Assembly: GCA_002269645.1 (NCBI GenBank)
Contig: NIVC01002045.1
Location: forward strand, 146,068 to 210,067
Length of the DNA: 64,000 bases
Reading direction: 5' to 3'
Source of the DNA: Macrostomum lignano
Lineage: Eukaryota
This document shows, in pieces, positions 52,969 through 64,000 of this stretch (positions are counted from its first letter, which is position 1; each line of letters begins with the position of its first letter). The position numbers and the translations under genes were made by a program. The notes below the pieces were generated by a model, which was given only the letters and a program-made list of their open reading frames with translations, searched no databases and was not told the origin of the DNA.

Positions 52969-55900
52969 TCACAGCACGGCGCAGCTGGAGCGCGCCAACT
53001 GGGGACAGAAGCACTTTTGTTCGTTGCCGTAGATCCACAGGGTGCCGTTTCGACCACGCCAGGTGTAATCTACCTGAGTCACGGGCACCGCGTGCAGCAC
53101 CTGGCGCTGGCGCAGGATTCGAGCCTCGGTGCGTTTTGCCTGCTCGGCGTGATAATCCAGCATGGCCTGGGACAGCTGGCGCACCTCCTTGGAGAACTGC
53201 GTCAGCGGGAGGCCCTCCGCGGCCGAGTCGGTCTCGTGCAGCAGGACGCCGGTGACCTTCGACAGGCGACTCTCCAGCAGGTCCATGCGCTCGCACATCA
53301 GCTGGTTGGACGAGATGCTGTCGCTGGAATGATGACAGCGATTTGATTGAATCGACGCGGGCGAAAGATTAAAGAAAAAATAGTGAACCAAGCTACATCT
53401 CCCGAAGATCCAAGCTACAACAGTCTTAAACACACCAAGCTACATCTCCCGAAACCCCAAGCTACAACAGTCTTAAACACACCAAGCTACATCTCCCGAA
53501 GCCCCAAGCTACAACAGTCTTAAACACACCAAGCTACATCTCCCGAAGCCCTAAGCTACGACAGTCTTAAACACACCAAGCTACATCTCCCGAAACCCCA
53601 AGCTACGACAGTCTTAAACACACCAAGCTACATCTCCCGAAACCCCAAGCTACGACAGTCTTAAACACACCAAGCTACATCTCCCGAAGCCCCAAGCTAC
53701 GACAGTCTTAAACACACCAAGCTACATCTCCCGAAGCCTCAAGCTACGACAGTCTTAAACACACCAAGCTACATCTCCCGAAACCCCAAGCTACGACAGT
53801 CTTAAACACACCAAGCTACATCTCCCGAAACCCCAAGCTACGACAGTCTTAAACACACCAAGCTACATCTCCCGAAACCCCAAGCTACGACAGTCTTAAA
53901 CACACCAAGCTACATCTCCCGAAACCCCAAGCTACGACAGTCTTAAACACACCAAGCTATATCCCACGAAACCCCGAAACCCTAAGCTACGACAATCTGT
54001 TCAGTTCACATAAACTGAAAACTCACAATCGGACGGTGAGCTGCATGTAGCGCTGCAGTTTGCCCTTTCCCAGGCAGGCCTTGCAGTGCAGGTGGCCGAC
54101 CCCGGTGCAGTAGGGGCAGCCGTACTCCCCGGTCTCGTTGCACTCGTGACACGCGTGCCGGCCGTACACCGCCTGCGACGGAAACTCCAGTCGGCGGCTG
54201 CCAGGCCCGGCGAAGTCACCGCCGAAGCAGGTATCGCAGTCGGCGCGGCCGCTGCCGTGACAGGCGACGCACACCTGCCAGCCGCGCCCGTTGCAGGCGG
54301 AGCAGAGGATCACCCTGGCCGTGCCCGGGATGGCCACGCGCTGCTCGGAGCTCTCGAACGGCCTGCCGCCCGGTCGGCACTCGATGTCCCACAGCGACTG
54401 CGGGAACTGCCGGCAGGCGTTCTTCAAGTTCTCTAGCGGCTCCACGGCCGAGTGAACGTTGCGGGTCTCGACGTACGTGTCTAGCGAGTACTGCGGACAG
54501 CGGGCAGGCTTGAGCTCTCAGACTCCGAATGCACTCCTCAAAATCTCCCATAACTTTGAGAGCTTTAATCTCTTTGGTAATGAGGCATCGAAAGCAGAGA
54601 AATTTTACATTCGTCTTAATTCTCTACTGCAGAGACTCGTCCATCATCTATCATTTTTCAAGCTCTAAAGTGATGTCGTTCATGTGAAATTTCCCTTGAG
54701 AGGCGACGAGCTAGCCAAGTGGCAAAGTGACTGGTTGGCCGCATTACCCCCTCCCGAGTTGTTATAAAATTTACGACGAAAAGTAAACCCGGAAATTCCG
54801 AAGAACCTTGCACCCCACTGAACTTGATGTATCTCTCTATTCTAATCTGGTATTCCACCTGAACCAGTGCGGCTGTGCAACCCGCAGACTCCACCAACCT
54901 GGAAAGCCCTCCGCTGGCTGATATTCCGGAATTTAATCTCTTTGATCTTGCCGCCGCACAGCAGGAAGTGCCTCCTGGCCCAGGCCTTCAAAGCGAGCCG
55001 GCACTCGTCTTCAGTGGCGGGGCTCAGACTGCAAGTTTAATTAAATGAGGGTTGAGCGCAGGTGAAAATTACTGTTAAACAAATTAATAACATATAGGCT
55101 AATTATAGGTAGCATTAGTTACGTGTCCTACAGTAGAGAACTCAAATTAGATTTGCTTTTCTTCTGAACAACTGCGAGTTGACAAAAATAATCCCTCTGA
55201 AAAGTGAAACCAATTTTCAGTCGCTAGCAACAAAGGGTGACAGAAAGCTACCCTTAAAAATAGCTGTAACTGCACACAGCTCGCCTAACGAGAGCAGGAG
55301 CGGCTCACAGTGAGGAAAAACACGGAGTAGAAGACGGAACAGAGAGGGCTGGCCTACAACTGCCTACACGCCCTCACTGGGAGCCCCAGCTGTTGGTTGT
55401 CAAAGCAACACCGACAGAGTAGAGAGGGGAGATGCAAAAGCCTGAGCATGCACGGCCGCAGGAAATTGGCTTTGAGTTGCTCAAGAGAGTACAAATCCAG
55501 CGCACGCGCCTCTCGCATGCCTTCATTCCCTATTCAAAAGTTCCCAACTCAGATCTCCGGTTCTCGTGCGCCTAAGGGAAGGACATTGCGTAGCAAACGG
55601 GTACTCTTCAAAATAGTGAAAAACATTTTCCCTAGTATAGTAGAGAGAGAAGTAGGGGACACCGGAATCCAGTTCATTCCAGTTGACACGGTCGCGGTTT
55701 GAGGGGGTGGCGCGGCGACTGTGTTTATTACGACTGGGGGCGTGGCGTGCGGTCCTGGGGCTGGACGGGATTGATGGCCCCGGAATGGTGGATTTTTTTC
55801 ATTTTTTGCTTGCGGAGAGCTCGGCCCGCCCACCACCCTGGGAGCGGAAGCGGCACTGTTTGCCAAGCCGGCAGCCAAGAGTACTTATTCGGTACAGACC

Positions 55901-56354
55901 CCCGACCAGGCTGATGCAGCTCAACTGCTTGCACAATATTGCGCAATGTCTCTATTGAGTCAGAGTAGTGCAAGAACTGCTACACGCTTTCAGAAACAAC
56001 CAACCAACCAACCAACCAACCAACCAACCAACCAACCAACCAACCAACCAACCAACCAAACCAACCAACCAATTAGCTAACCAAACAATAAAACAAGCAA
56101 AAAACTAAAAAGGCAGCCAAGCATCACCTGCACAACGCGGCACCAAAGCAGGACTCATTAGCCGAGGTGGTGCTCATCAGGGACTCCGCACAGGACACCC
56201 GGTAGTCGGGCAGTCGCAGGTTGTTATCGAAGTCGCCGCAGCCGGAGTCGCAGTCGTCGTCTTCCGCTTCGTCGTCCCGCTGGAAGGAGATTTTTCGTCT
56301 GCCTCGGCGTTCCACGATGCCGCAGTCGAGGTTGTCAAAGTTTGGCGACTCCAT
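52969..56354 (-). CDS. SSUH2: SSUH2 homolog (Cys-rich, DnaJ-like CxxCxGxG repeats, C-terminal CaaX), ~391 aa, 4 exons
   Basis: Exons 56354-56128, 55028-54899, 54490-54027 and 53323-52969 total 1176 nt. Motifs: [22 protein letters not shown], repeated CxxCxGxG ([32 protein letters not shown]) and [25 protein letters not shown], ending CAVL-stop. Confidence 0.88.
53385..53995. repeat. 47-bp minisatellite (CCAAGCTACATCTCCCGAAACCCCAAGCTACGACAGTCTTAAACACA), SSUH2 intron 3
   Basis: Period 47 (53435, 53482); the unit is itself a dimer of CCAAGCTAC plus spacer. Confidence 0.96.
55996..56072. repeat. (AACC)n microsatellite, SSUH2 intron 1
   Basis: Direct reading. Confidence 0.95.
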
Positions 56355-56889
56355 GGCAGCAGGCGTCTTCTGTTCTCAACTGGCTCAAAATCCTCTGGCC
56401 TCCCTCGCTGCGAATTCATTCAGATTCCCTTTTTATTGGGGAAATCGCTCCGTGCAATGGGCGGTGCGTGAGTGGGAGGGTGCACGCCGGCCAGGGAGAA
56501 TAGCGGAGGAACTTGGGGTGGGCGTCCGGTCGGTTGCTGGGCGGGTCCCGGGGCGGTTTCTGGCAATTTGCGTACCTACCCTCTCTCGGGCAAGGCGGCT
56601 CTGCACTCCCCAAGCCTACACCGCGCACTGAAGGAGGAAGGGAGCCAATTGACAGGGGAAACCCGCCAATCTGAGGGCAACGCTATCACTGACGGGGCAA
56701 GTGCACTACAATGTAGTTAGAACGCTCGTGGCCTCAGCTGTTTAAACACTAAGTCCTCTACTATAGTGGAATGTGAAAATTAACTTATGAAAATGAAATA
56801 AATTAAAATTCCCTTAAGTATAGTTATAAAATCGTTTTTCAACTTTACAGCGTTATTTTGAACTACCGCAGATACAAAAACTGGAAACA

Positions 56890-57545
56890 AATCTAGATCT
56901 TTACATCCTTTATCTAGACCTCCACATCCCCAAGCTAGATCTCCACATCCCCTATCTAGATCTCCACATCCCCCATTAATTATAGATCTCCGGGTCCAAG
57001 ATCTCCACATCCTCAATCTAAAATACGAGCTCGTAGATTTCCACATCCCCAATCGGCATCGACAGGAAGATTTTGACATCCCCAATCGGCATCGACAGGA
57101 AGATTTTGACATCCCCAATCGGCATCGACAGGAAGATTTTGACATCCCCAATCGGCATCGACAGGAAGATTTTGACATCCCCAATCGGCATCGACAGGAA
57201 GATTTTGACATCCCCAATCGGCATCGACAGGAAGATTTTGACATCCCCAATCGGCATCGACAGGAAGATTTTGACATCCCCAATCGACATGCAGATCTCG
57301 ACATCCCCAATCGACATGCAGATCTCGACATCCCCAATCGACATGCAGATCTCGACATCCCCAATCGACATGCAGATCTCGACATCCCCAATCGACATGC
57401 AGATCTCGACATGCCCAATCGAAATGCAGATCTCGACATGCCCAATCGACATGCAGATCTCGACATCCCAATCGACATGCAGATCTCGACATCCCCAATC
57501 GACATGCAGATCTCGACATCCCCAATCGACATGTAGATCAGCATA
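56890..57545. repeat. Compound minisatellite: degenerate 21-bp, then 33-bp (GACATCCCCAATCGGCATCGACAGGAAGATTTT), then 27-bp (GACATCCCCAATCGACATGCAGATCTC)
   Basis: All three share the core ACATCCCC. Confidence 0.93.
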
Positions 57546-58164
57546 CCCACAATTCAGAAGTAAGCATACAACCCACTGCATGCACACGACACAAACTGGT
57601 CCACCGTTCCATTAGCTCCAAGCCAGTCTAAATTTAACCGCAGAATCTATTTTTTGTCCCACAGTCCTTTCAAGTCCGCTTAATTCCTCCTGATATGCAG
57701 ACTGTAAACAGGCTAAAATGTGAAGCGCTGTCGCGAACGGCTGTGCATGTCCGGGATCGGGGATCAGGTCTCCGCGGCGTCGCGTTGGGAAATATTGCCC
57801 TCTTACCCTGTTAATGATCCCTGACGCCATTGTGACCAAACCAATTTTGTTTTGACTTCATAACAGCGGCGATCCAGGACGCAGTTCTGCGCTGGGCAGC
57901 GACAATACGACTATTTTAAAAGGCTGACTTATTTATCGTAAACACGCCACCGGCATAAACGGGCTTTCGGGAAAGCCAGCTCGCGTGCGTAAGCCGGCTG
58001 GAGGCTCCCTCCGTGTTTTTCTGGATATTTCACAAAACGGCACTATGACGAAATAAATATCACGCGACTCTCTACGTAATTAGCAAGGTGGGCTTTTTAT
58101 AGCTCGCACTCTACGTCTGTTCAATAATATTTGCGATTTAGATATTGACTGCTGCTTGCCGGCT

Positions 58165-58645
58165 GTCTTCTCTCCCACATCTCCCTCTCACCTCTCCCTC
58201 CCACCTCTCCTTCTCACCTCTCCTTCTCACCTCTCCCTCTTAATCACCCTCTCACCTCTCCCTCTTAATCACCCTCTCACCTCTCCCTCTCTCTCACCTC
58301 TCCCTCTTAATCACCCTCTCACCCCTCTCACCCCTCTCACCTCTCCGTCTCATCTCTCCTTCTCACCTCTCCCTCTCACCTCTTCTTCTCACCTCTCCCT
58401 CTCACCTCTTCTTCTCACCTCTCCCTCTTAATCACCCTCTCACCCCCTCTCACCCCCTCTCACCCCCTCTCACCTCTCCCTCTTACTCACCCTCTCTCTC
58501 TCAATTCTCCCTCTCACCTCCCTCTCTTAATCACCCTCTCACCTCTCCCTCTCACCTCTCCCTCTCACCTCTCCCTCTCACCTCTCCCTCTCACCTCTCC
58601 CTCTCACCTCTCCCTCTCACCTCTCCCTTTCATCTTTCCCTCTCA
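58165..58645. repeat. CT-rich low-complexity repeat (CTCTCACCTCTCC)
   Basis: Nearly pure pyrimidine strand. Confidence 0.92.
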
Positions 58646-59344
58646 GTCTTCATACTCATATGTTAGCTCACAATGTCAATGTCACAACGCCGCAAGTCAG
58701 CCGCTCAGTGCACACACACACACACACAAACGTGCACGAGGCACTTATTGGCCAAGTGTGCAAAAACTTGCACATATTGGGACTGCTCCGACACACGAAA
58801 AATCACACACACACACGTCCCCACACAGGCAATTTTCAACCCACCAAATAGATTTTTATTGACAACATGCTTTTGGCTTACTGAAAACAGTTGGAAAGCA
58901 TTTTTCGAGGTGCATTGAACTCACAACAGATTGTACATGTATACTTGTCTAAAACAGAATTAAAAAACCCTGGTGTCTTGCTGAATTCCACTAAGGCAAT
59001 AATATCAGCACGTCAAATTTCACCAGATAATTTCAGCGATCATAGATTATAGAAGACAGGATGGTAAATGGCAAGGGACTTTAAGGTTATCGAAGACAAA
59101 CGACATTGACACATATCAAAAAAATTTTACGATCTGAATAAACAAAATTTGCTACATTTAGTGCCACTGGGAAAAAACAATTCTGTAGCGAAACTCCACT
59201 GTTCATAAAAATGTACTTTATTGATTATGACACAATCACTAGAATTACTCAAAAGGTACATGTCAGCTATTCGGACCCACAGAATGCTACGTAAAGGATG
59301 CGGAAATGAACCACACTATAGCAGAAGCCAGCACACACTATAGT

Positions 59345-59640
59345 ATGGGGCTGTCCCAACAAATTCACCATAGCCAGTGTGGATAGGGCTGTCCCAACAA
59401 TTCCACCATAGCCAGTGTGGATAGGGCTGTCCCAACAATTCCACCATAGCCAGTGTGGATAGGGCTGTCCCAACAATTCAACCATAGCCAGTGTGGATAG
59501 GGCTGTCCCAACAATTCCACCATAGCCAGTGTGGATAGGGCTGTCCCAACAATTCAACCATAGCCAGTGTGGATAGGGCTGTCCCAACAATTCCACCATA
59601 GCCAGTGTGGATAGGGCTGTCCCAACAATTCCAGCATAGC
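59345..59640. repeat. 38-bp minisatellite (CCATAGCCAGTGTGGATAGGGCTGTCCCAACAATTCMA), ~7 copies
   Basis: Period 38 (59368, 59406). Confidence 0.95.
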
Positions 59641-59835
59641 TTGAAAAAGAATATACACAAATACTATAAAAAGCAAATGCTAGAGCTCTACCGCGTCATT
59701 GCACCGGATTTTATTAGAAACAGACTGCAAAAAATGCGTCCTCTAAATAATATTCCAGTGAAGCACACAGCAGTTAATCGGCTTCTCGATTCAGAAAATT
59801 AAAAAAATAACCAGCTCCGCCAAAAAACTCATGAA

Positions 59836-59859
59836 TTAACTGACTGCTGCACAGATAGC

Positions 59860-59901
<42 letters not shown>

Positions 59902-62900
59902 GGCTTGTGAGCAGCAAGTGAACCAAATGACGGATGCAGCGGCGAGATCAGAATGCTCGCTGCTGATCGTTAAAGCGCATTCTTGTCTCTTAGGCATGTC
60001 GCTGGCGTTGCTGACTTCAGAATCTGCGAGGAAAAGAAATCAATTAAGATAGGCTTGCATTAGTAATCATTAATAGGCTATAAAGGAACCCTTTAATAGA
60101 ACGTGTTCAACTAATGCTGGGTCTGTTTTGAAAAGTCAGAACTCAGAAGTAGTCGCGATTAGAATCAGTATTGTCCCAATAAGTGCGACCCAACAAATGC
60201 TGTTCAAAAAATAGGCCTGGCTGCAATTTCCCAATAAATGCCCAACAAATTACTAGCCTTGAGCTAGGCTGGGCTGTGTTTACTATTCAATGCGTTTGTA
60301 GCTTGTGTCCCAACAATGCCACTGAGATTGTTGCATTGCTTTTCAATTGTGCTCTACCAAGTAACACAAGTACTCTGGTGTACAATACTTCTACAGCAGA
60401 TAATACTCACCCAAAACAGATCGTCTCTTTCTCTTTAATCCTGTGCCGGACGGGTTTTCTTCAGATCCACCAGAAAATTCACAAATAGACTGACTGCCTG
60501 CACGGATAGCGGCTGCTGCTGCTGCGGCTTGTGAGCAGCAAGTGAAACCAAATGACGATGCAGCGGCGAGATCAGAATGCTCGCTGCTGATCGTTAAAGC
60601 GCATTCTTGTCTCTTAGGCATGTCGCTGGCGTGGCTGACTTCAGAATCTGCGAGGAAAAGAAATCAATTAAGATAGGCTTGCCTTTAGTAATCATTAATA
60701 GGCTATAAAGGAACCCTTTAATAGAACGTGTTCAACTAATGCTGGGTCTGTTTTGAAAAGTCAGAACTCAGAAGTAGTCGCGATTAGAATCAGTATTGTC
60801 CCAATAAGTGCGACCCAACAAATGCTGTTCAAAAAATAGGCCTGGCTGCAATGTCCCAATAAATGCCCAACAAATTACTAGCCTTGAGCTAGGCTGGGCT
60901 GTGTTTACTATTCAATGCGTTTGTAGCTTGTGTCCCAACAATGCCACTGAGATTGTTGCATTGCTTTTCAATTGTGCTCTACCAAGTAACACAAGTACTC
61001 TGGTGTACAATACTTCTACAGCAGATAATACTCACCCAAAACAGATCGTCTCTTTCTCTTTAATCCTGTGCCGGACGGGTTTTCTTCAGATCCACCAGAA
61101 AATTCACAAAGAGACTGACTGCCTGCACGGATAGCGGCTGCTGCTGCTGCGGCTTGTGAGCAGCAAGTGAACCAAATGACGGATGCAGCGGCGAGATCAG
61201 AATGCTCGCTGCTGATCGTTAAAGCGCATTCTTGTCTCTTAGGCATGTCGCTGGCGTGGCTGACTTCAGAATCTGCGAGGAAAAGAAATCAATTAAGATA
61301 GGCTTGCCTTTAGTAATCATTAATAGGCTATAAAGGAACCCTTTAATAGAACGTGTTCAACTAATGCTGGGTCTGTTTTGAAAAGTCAGAACTCAGAAGT
61401 AGTCGCGATTAGAATCAGTATTGTCCCAATAAGTGCGACCCAACAAATGCTGTTCAAAAAATAGGCCTGGCTGCAATGTCCCAATAAATGCCCAACAAAT
61501 TACTGCCTTGAGCTAGGCTGGGCTGTGTTTACTATTCAATGCGTTTGTAGCTTGTGTCCCAACATGCCACTGAGATTGTTGCATTGCTTTTGAATTGTGC
61601 TCTACCAAGTAACACAAGTACTCTGGTGTACAATACTTCTACAGCAGATAATACTCACCCAAAACAGATCGTCTCTTTCTCTTTAATCCTGTGCCGGACG
61701 GGTTTTCTTCAGATCCACCAGAAAATTCACAAATAGACTGACTGCCTGCACGGATAGCGGCTGCTGCTGCTGCGGCTTGTGAGCAGCAAGTGAACCAAAT
61801 GACGGATGCAGCGGCGAGATCAGAATGCTCGCTGCTGATCGTTAAAGCGCATTCTTGTCTCTTAGGCATGTCGCTGGCGTGGCTGACTTCAGAATCTGCG
61901 AGGAAAAGAAATCAATTAAGATAGGCTTGCCTTTAGTAATCATTAATAGGCTATAAAGGAACCCTTTAATAGAACGTGTTCAACTAATGCTGGGTCTGTT
62001 TTGAAAAGTCAGAACTCAGAAGTAGTCGCGATTAGAATCAGTATTGTCCCAATAAGTGCGACCCAACAAATGCTGTTCAAAAAATAGGCCTGGCTGCAAT
62101 GTCCCAATAAATGCCCAACAAATTACTAGCCTTGAGCTAGGCTGGGCTGTGTTTACTATTCAATGCGTTTGTAGCTTGTGTCCCAACAATGCCACTGAGA
62201 TTGTTGCATTGCTTTTCAATTGTGCTCTACCAAGTAACACAAGTACTCTGGTGTACAATACTTCTACAGCAGATAATACTCACCCAAAACAGATCGTCTC
62301 TTTCTCTTTAATCCTGTGCCGGACGGGTTTTCTTCAGATCCACCAGAAAATTCACAAAGAGACTGACTGCCTGCACGGATAGCGGCTGCTGCTGCTGCGG
62401 CTTGTGAGTAGCAAGTGAACCAAATGACGGATGCAGCGGCGAGATCAGAATGCTCGCTGCTGATCGTTAAAGCGCATTCTTGTCTCTTAGGCATGTCGCT
62501 GGCGTGGCTGACTTCAGAATCTGCGAGGAAAAGAAATCAATTAAGATAGGCTTGCTTTAGTAATCATTAATAGGCTATAAAGGAACCCTTTAATAGAACG
62601 TGTTCAACTAATGCTGGGTCTGTTTTGAAAAGTCAGAACTCAGAAGTAGTCGCGATTAGAATCAGTATTGTCCCAATAAGTGCGACCCAACAAATGCTGT
62701 TCAAAAAATAGGCCTGGCTGCAATGTCCCAATAAATGCCCAACAAATTACTAGCCTTGAGCTAGGCTGGGCTGTGTTTACTATTCAATGCGTTTGTAGCT
62801 TGTGTCCCAACAATGCCACTGAGATTGTTGCATTGCTTTTCAATTGTGCTCTACCAAGTAACACAAGTACTCTGGTGTACAATACTTCTACAGCAGATAA

Positions 62901-63768
62901 TACTCACCCAAAACAGATCGTCTCTTTCTCTTTAATCCTGTGCCGGACGGGTTTTCTTCAGATCCACCAGAAAATTCACAAAGAGACTGACTGCCTGCAC
63001 GGATAGCGGCTGCTGCTGCTGCGGCTTGTGAGCAGCAAGTGAACCAAATGACGGATGCAGCGGCGAGATCAGAATGCTCGCTGCTGATCGTTAAAGCGCA
63101 TTCTTGTCTCTTAGGCATGTCGCTGGCGTGGCTGACTTCAGAATCTGCGAGGAAAAGAAATCAATTAAGATAGGCTTGCTTTAGTAATCATTAATAGGCT
63201 ATAAAGGAACCCTTTAATAGAACGTGTTCAACTAATGCTGGGTCTGTTTTGAAAAGTCAGAACTCAGAAGTAGTCGCGATTAGAATCAGTATTGTCCCAA
63301 TAAGTGCGACCCAACAAATGCTGTTCAAAAAATAGGCCTGGCTGCAATGTCCCAATAAATGCCCAACAAATTACTAGCCTTGAGCTAGGCTGGGCTGTGT
63401 TTACTATTCAATGCGTTTGTAGCTTGTGTCCCAACAATGCCACTGAGATTGTTGCATTGCTTTTCAATTGTGCTCTACCAAGTAACACAAGTACTCTGGT
63501 GTACAATACTTCTACAGCAGATAATACTCACCCAAAACAGATCGTCTCTTTCTCTTTAATCCTGTGCCGGACGGGTTTTCTTCAGATCCACCAGAAAATT
63601 CACAAAGAGACTGACTGCCTGCACGGATAGCGGCTGCTGCTGCTGCGGCTTGTGAGCAGCAAGTGAACCAAATGACGGATGCAGCGGCGAGATCAGAATG
63701 CTCGCTGCTGATCGTTAAAGCGCATTCTTGTCTCTTAGGCATGTCGCTGGCGTGGCTGACTTCAGAAT
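59836..63768 (-). CDS. Putative tandem-exon gene of unknown function: six 153-nt phase-1/1 exons plus a terminal exon (5' part outside the window)
   Basis: Each unit has TTTCTTTTCCTCGCAG|AT TCT GAA...GGC A|GTCAGT. Candidate exons: 63768-63616, 63144-62992, 62520-62368, 61895-61743, 61272-61120 and 60647-60495, plus terminal 60023-59836 ending in TAA. AATAAA lies at 59715-59710. No homolog was recognised. Confidence 0.35.
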
Positions 63769-64000
63769 CTGCGAGGAAAAGAAATCAATTAAGATAGGCT
63801 TGCTTTAGTAATCATTAATAGGCTATAAAGGAACCCTTTAATAGAACGTGTTCAACTAATGCTGGTCTGTTTTGAAAAGTCAGAACTCAGAAGTAGTCGC
63901 GATTAGAATCAGTATTGTCCCAATAAGTGCGACCCAACAAATGCTGTTCAAAAAATAGGCCTGGCTGCAATGTCCCAATAAATGCCCAACAAATTACTAG
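59840..64000. repeat. Highly homogeneous 623-625-bp tandem array, >6.5 copies, continuing past the window edge
   Basis: The anchor GTGCGACCCAAC falls at 60183, 60808, 61433, 62056, 62680, 63304 and 63927. Confidence 0.99.

Noticed and set aside
57807-57830. Candidate 24-nt first exon (MASGIINR|GTAAGA) spliced in frame to 56369 of SSUH2
   Set aside because: The acceptor at 56370 lacks a pyrimidine tract and SSUH2 is complete from ATG 56354. It remains possible but unsupported.
60183-63630. Plus-strand 101-108-aa ORFs repeated in each 624-bp unit
   Set aside because: They start at GTG, are broken by indels in the third copy and lack splice support. The minus-strand exon model fits better.
59840-64000. 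Array as 5S rRNA, SL RNA, U snRNA or histone repeat
   Set aside because: No recognisable 5S, snRNA, SL or histone sequence; the only hint is a weak Sm-like AATTTTCTGG.

Overview
This is eukaryotic (animal) genomic DNA, not prokaryotic. It has GT-AG spliced genes with mostly GC-rich exons, and most long introns are filled by tandem repeats. That texture resembles repeat-rich flatworm genomes such as Macrostomum, but the organism is an inference only. Many 'M' starts in the ORF track are TTG/CTG/GTG and many long ORFs are repeat artefacts. Seven genes were modelled by hand from splice sites and family motifs: PEX1 (minus strand, runs off the left edge), a tandem double-domain sarcoplasmic Ca-binding (SCP-like) EF-hand protein, an intronless Myb/SANT-like (NAIF1/MSANTD-type) gene, TLCD5/TMEM136, SCYL3, AK8 (head-to-head with SCYL3) and SSUH2. 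There are two mobile elements. One is a 2.5-kb TTAA-flanked piggyBac with only two coding lesions inside TLCD5 intron 1. The other is a ~1.3-kb non-coding LTR element (TRIM-like, with PBS and PPT) just upstream of PEX1. About 30 distinct micro/minisatellite arrays are present, two with clear higher-order periodicity. The most unusual feature is the 624-bp array at the right edge. Each unit carries an intact candidate 153-nt phase-1/phase-1 exon, and the array ends in a copy with a stop codon and AATAAA, which looks like tandem exon amplification of an unrecognised gene. No rRNA, tRNA or CRISPR array is supported. All homology calls come from recalled family motifs, not from database searches.
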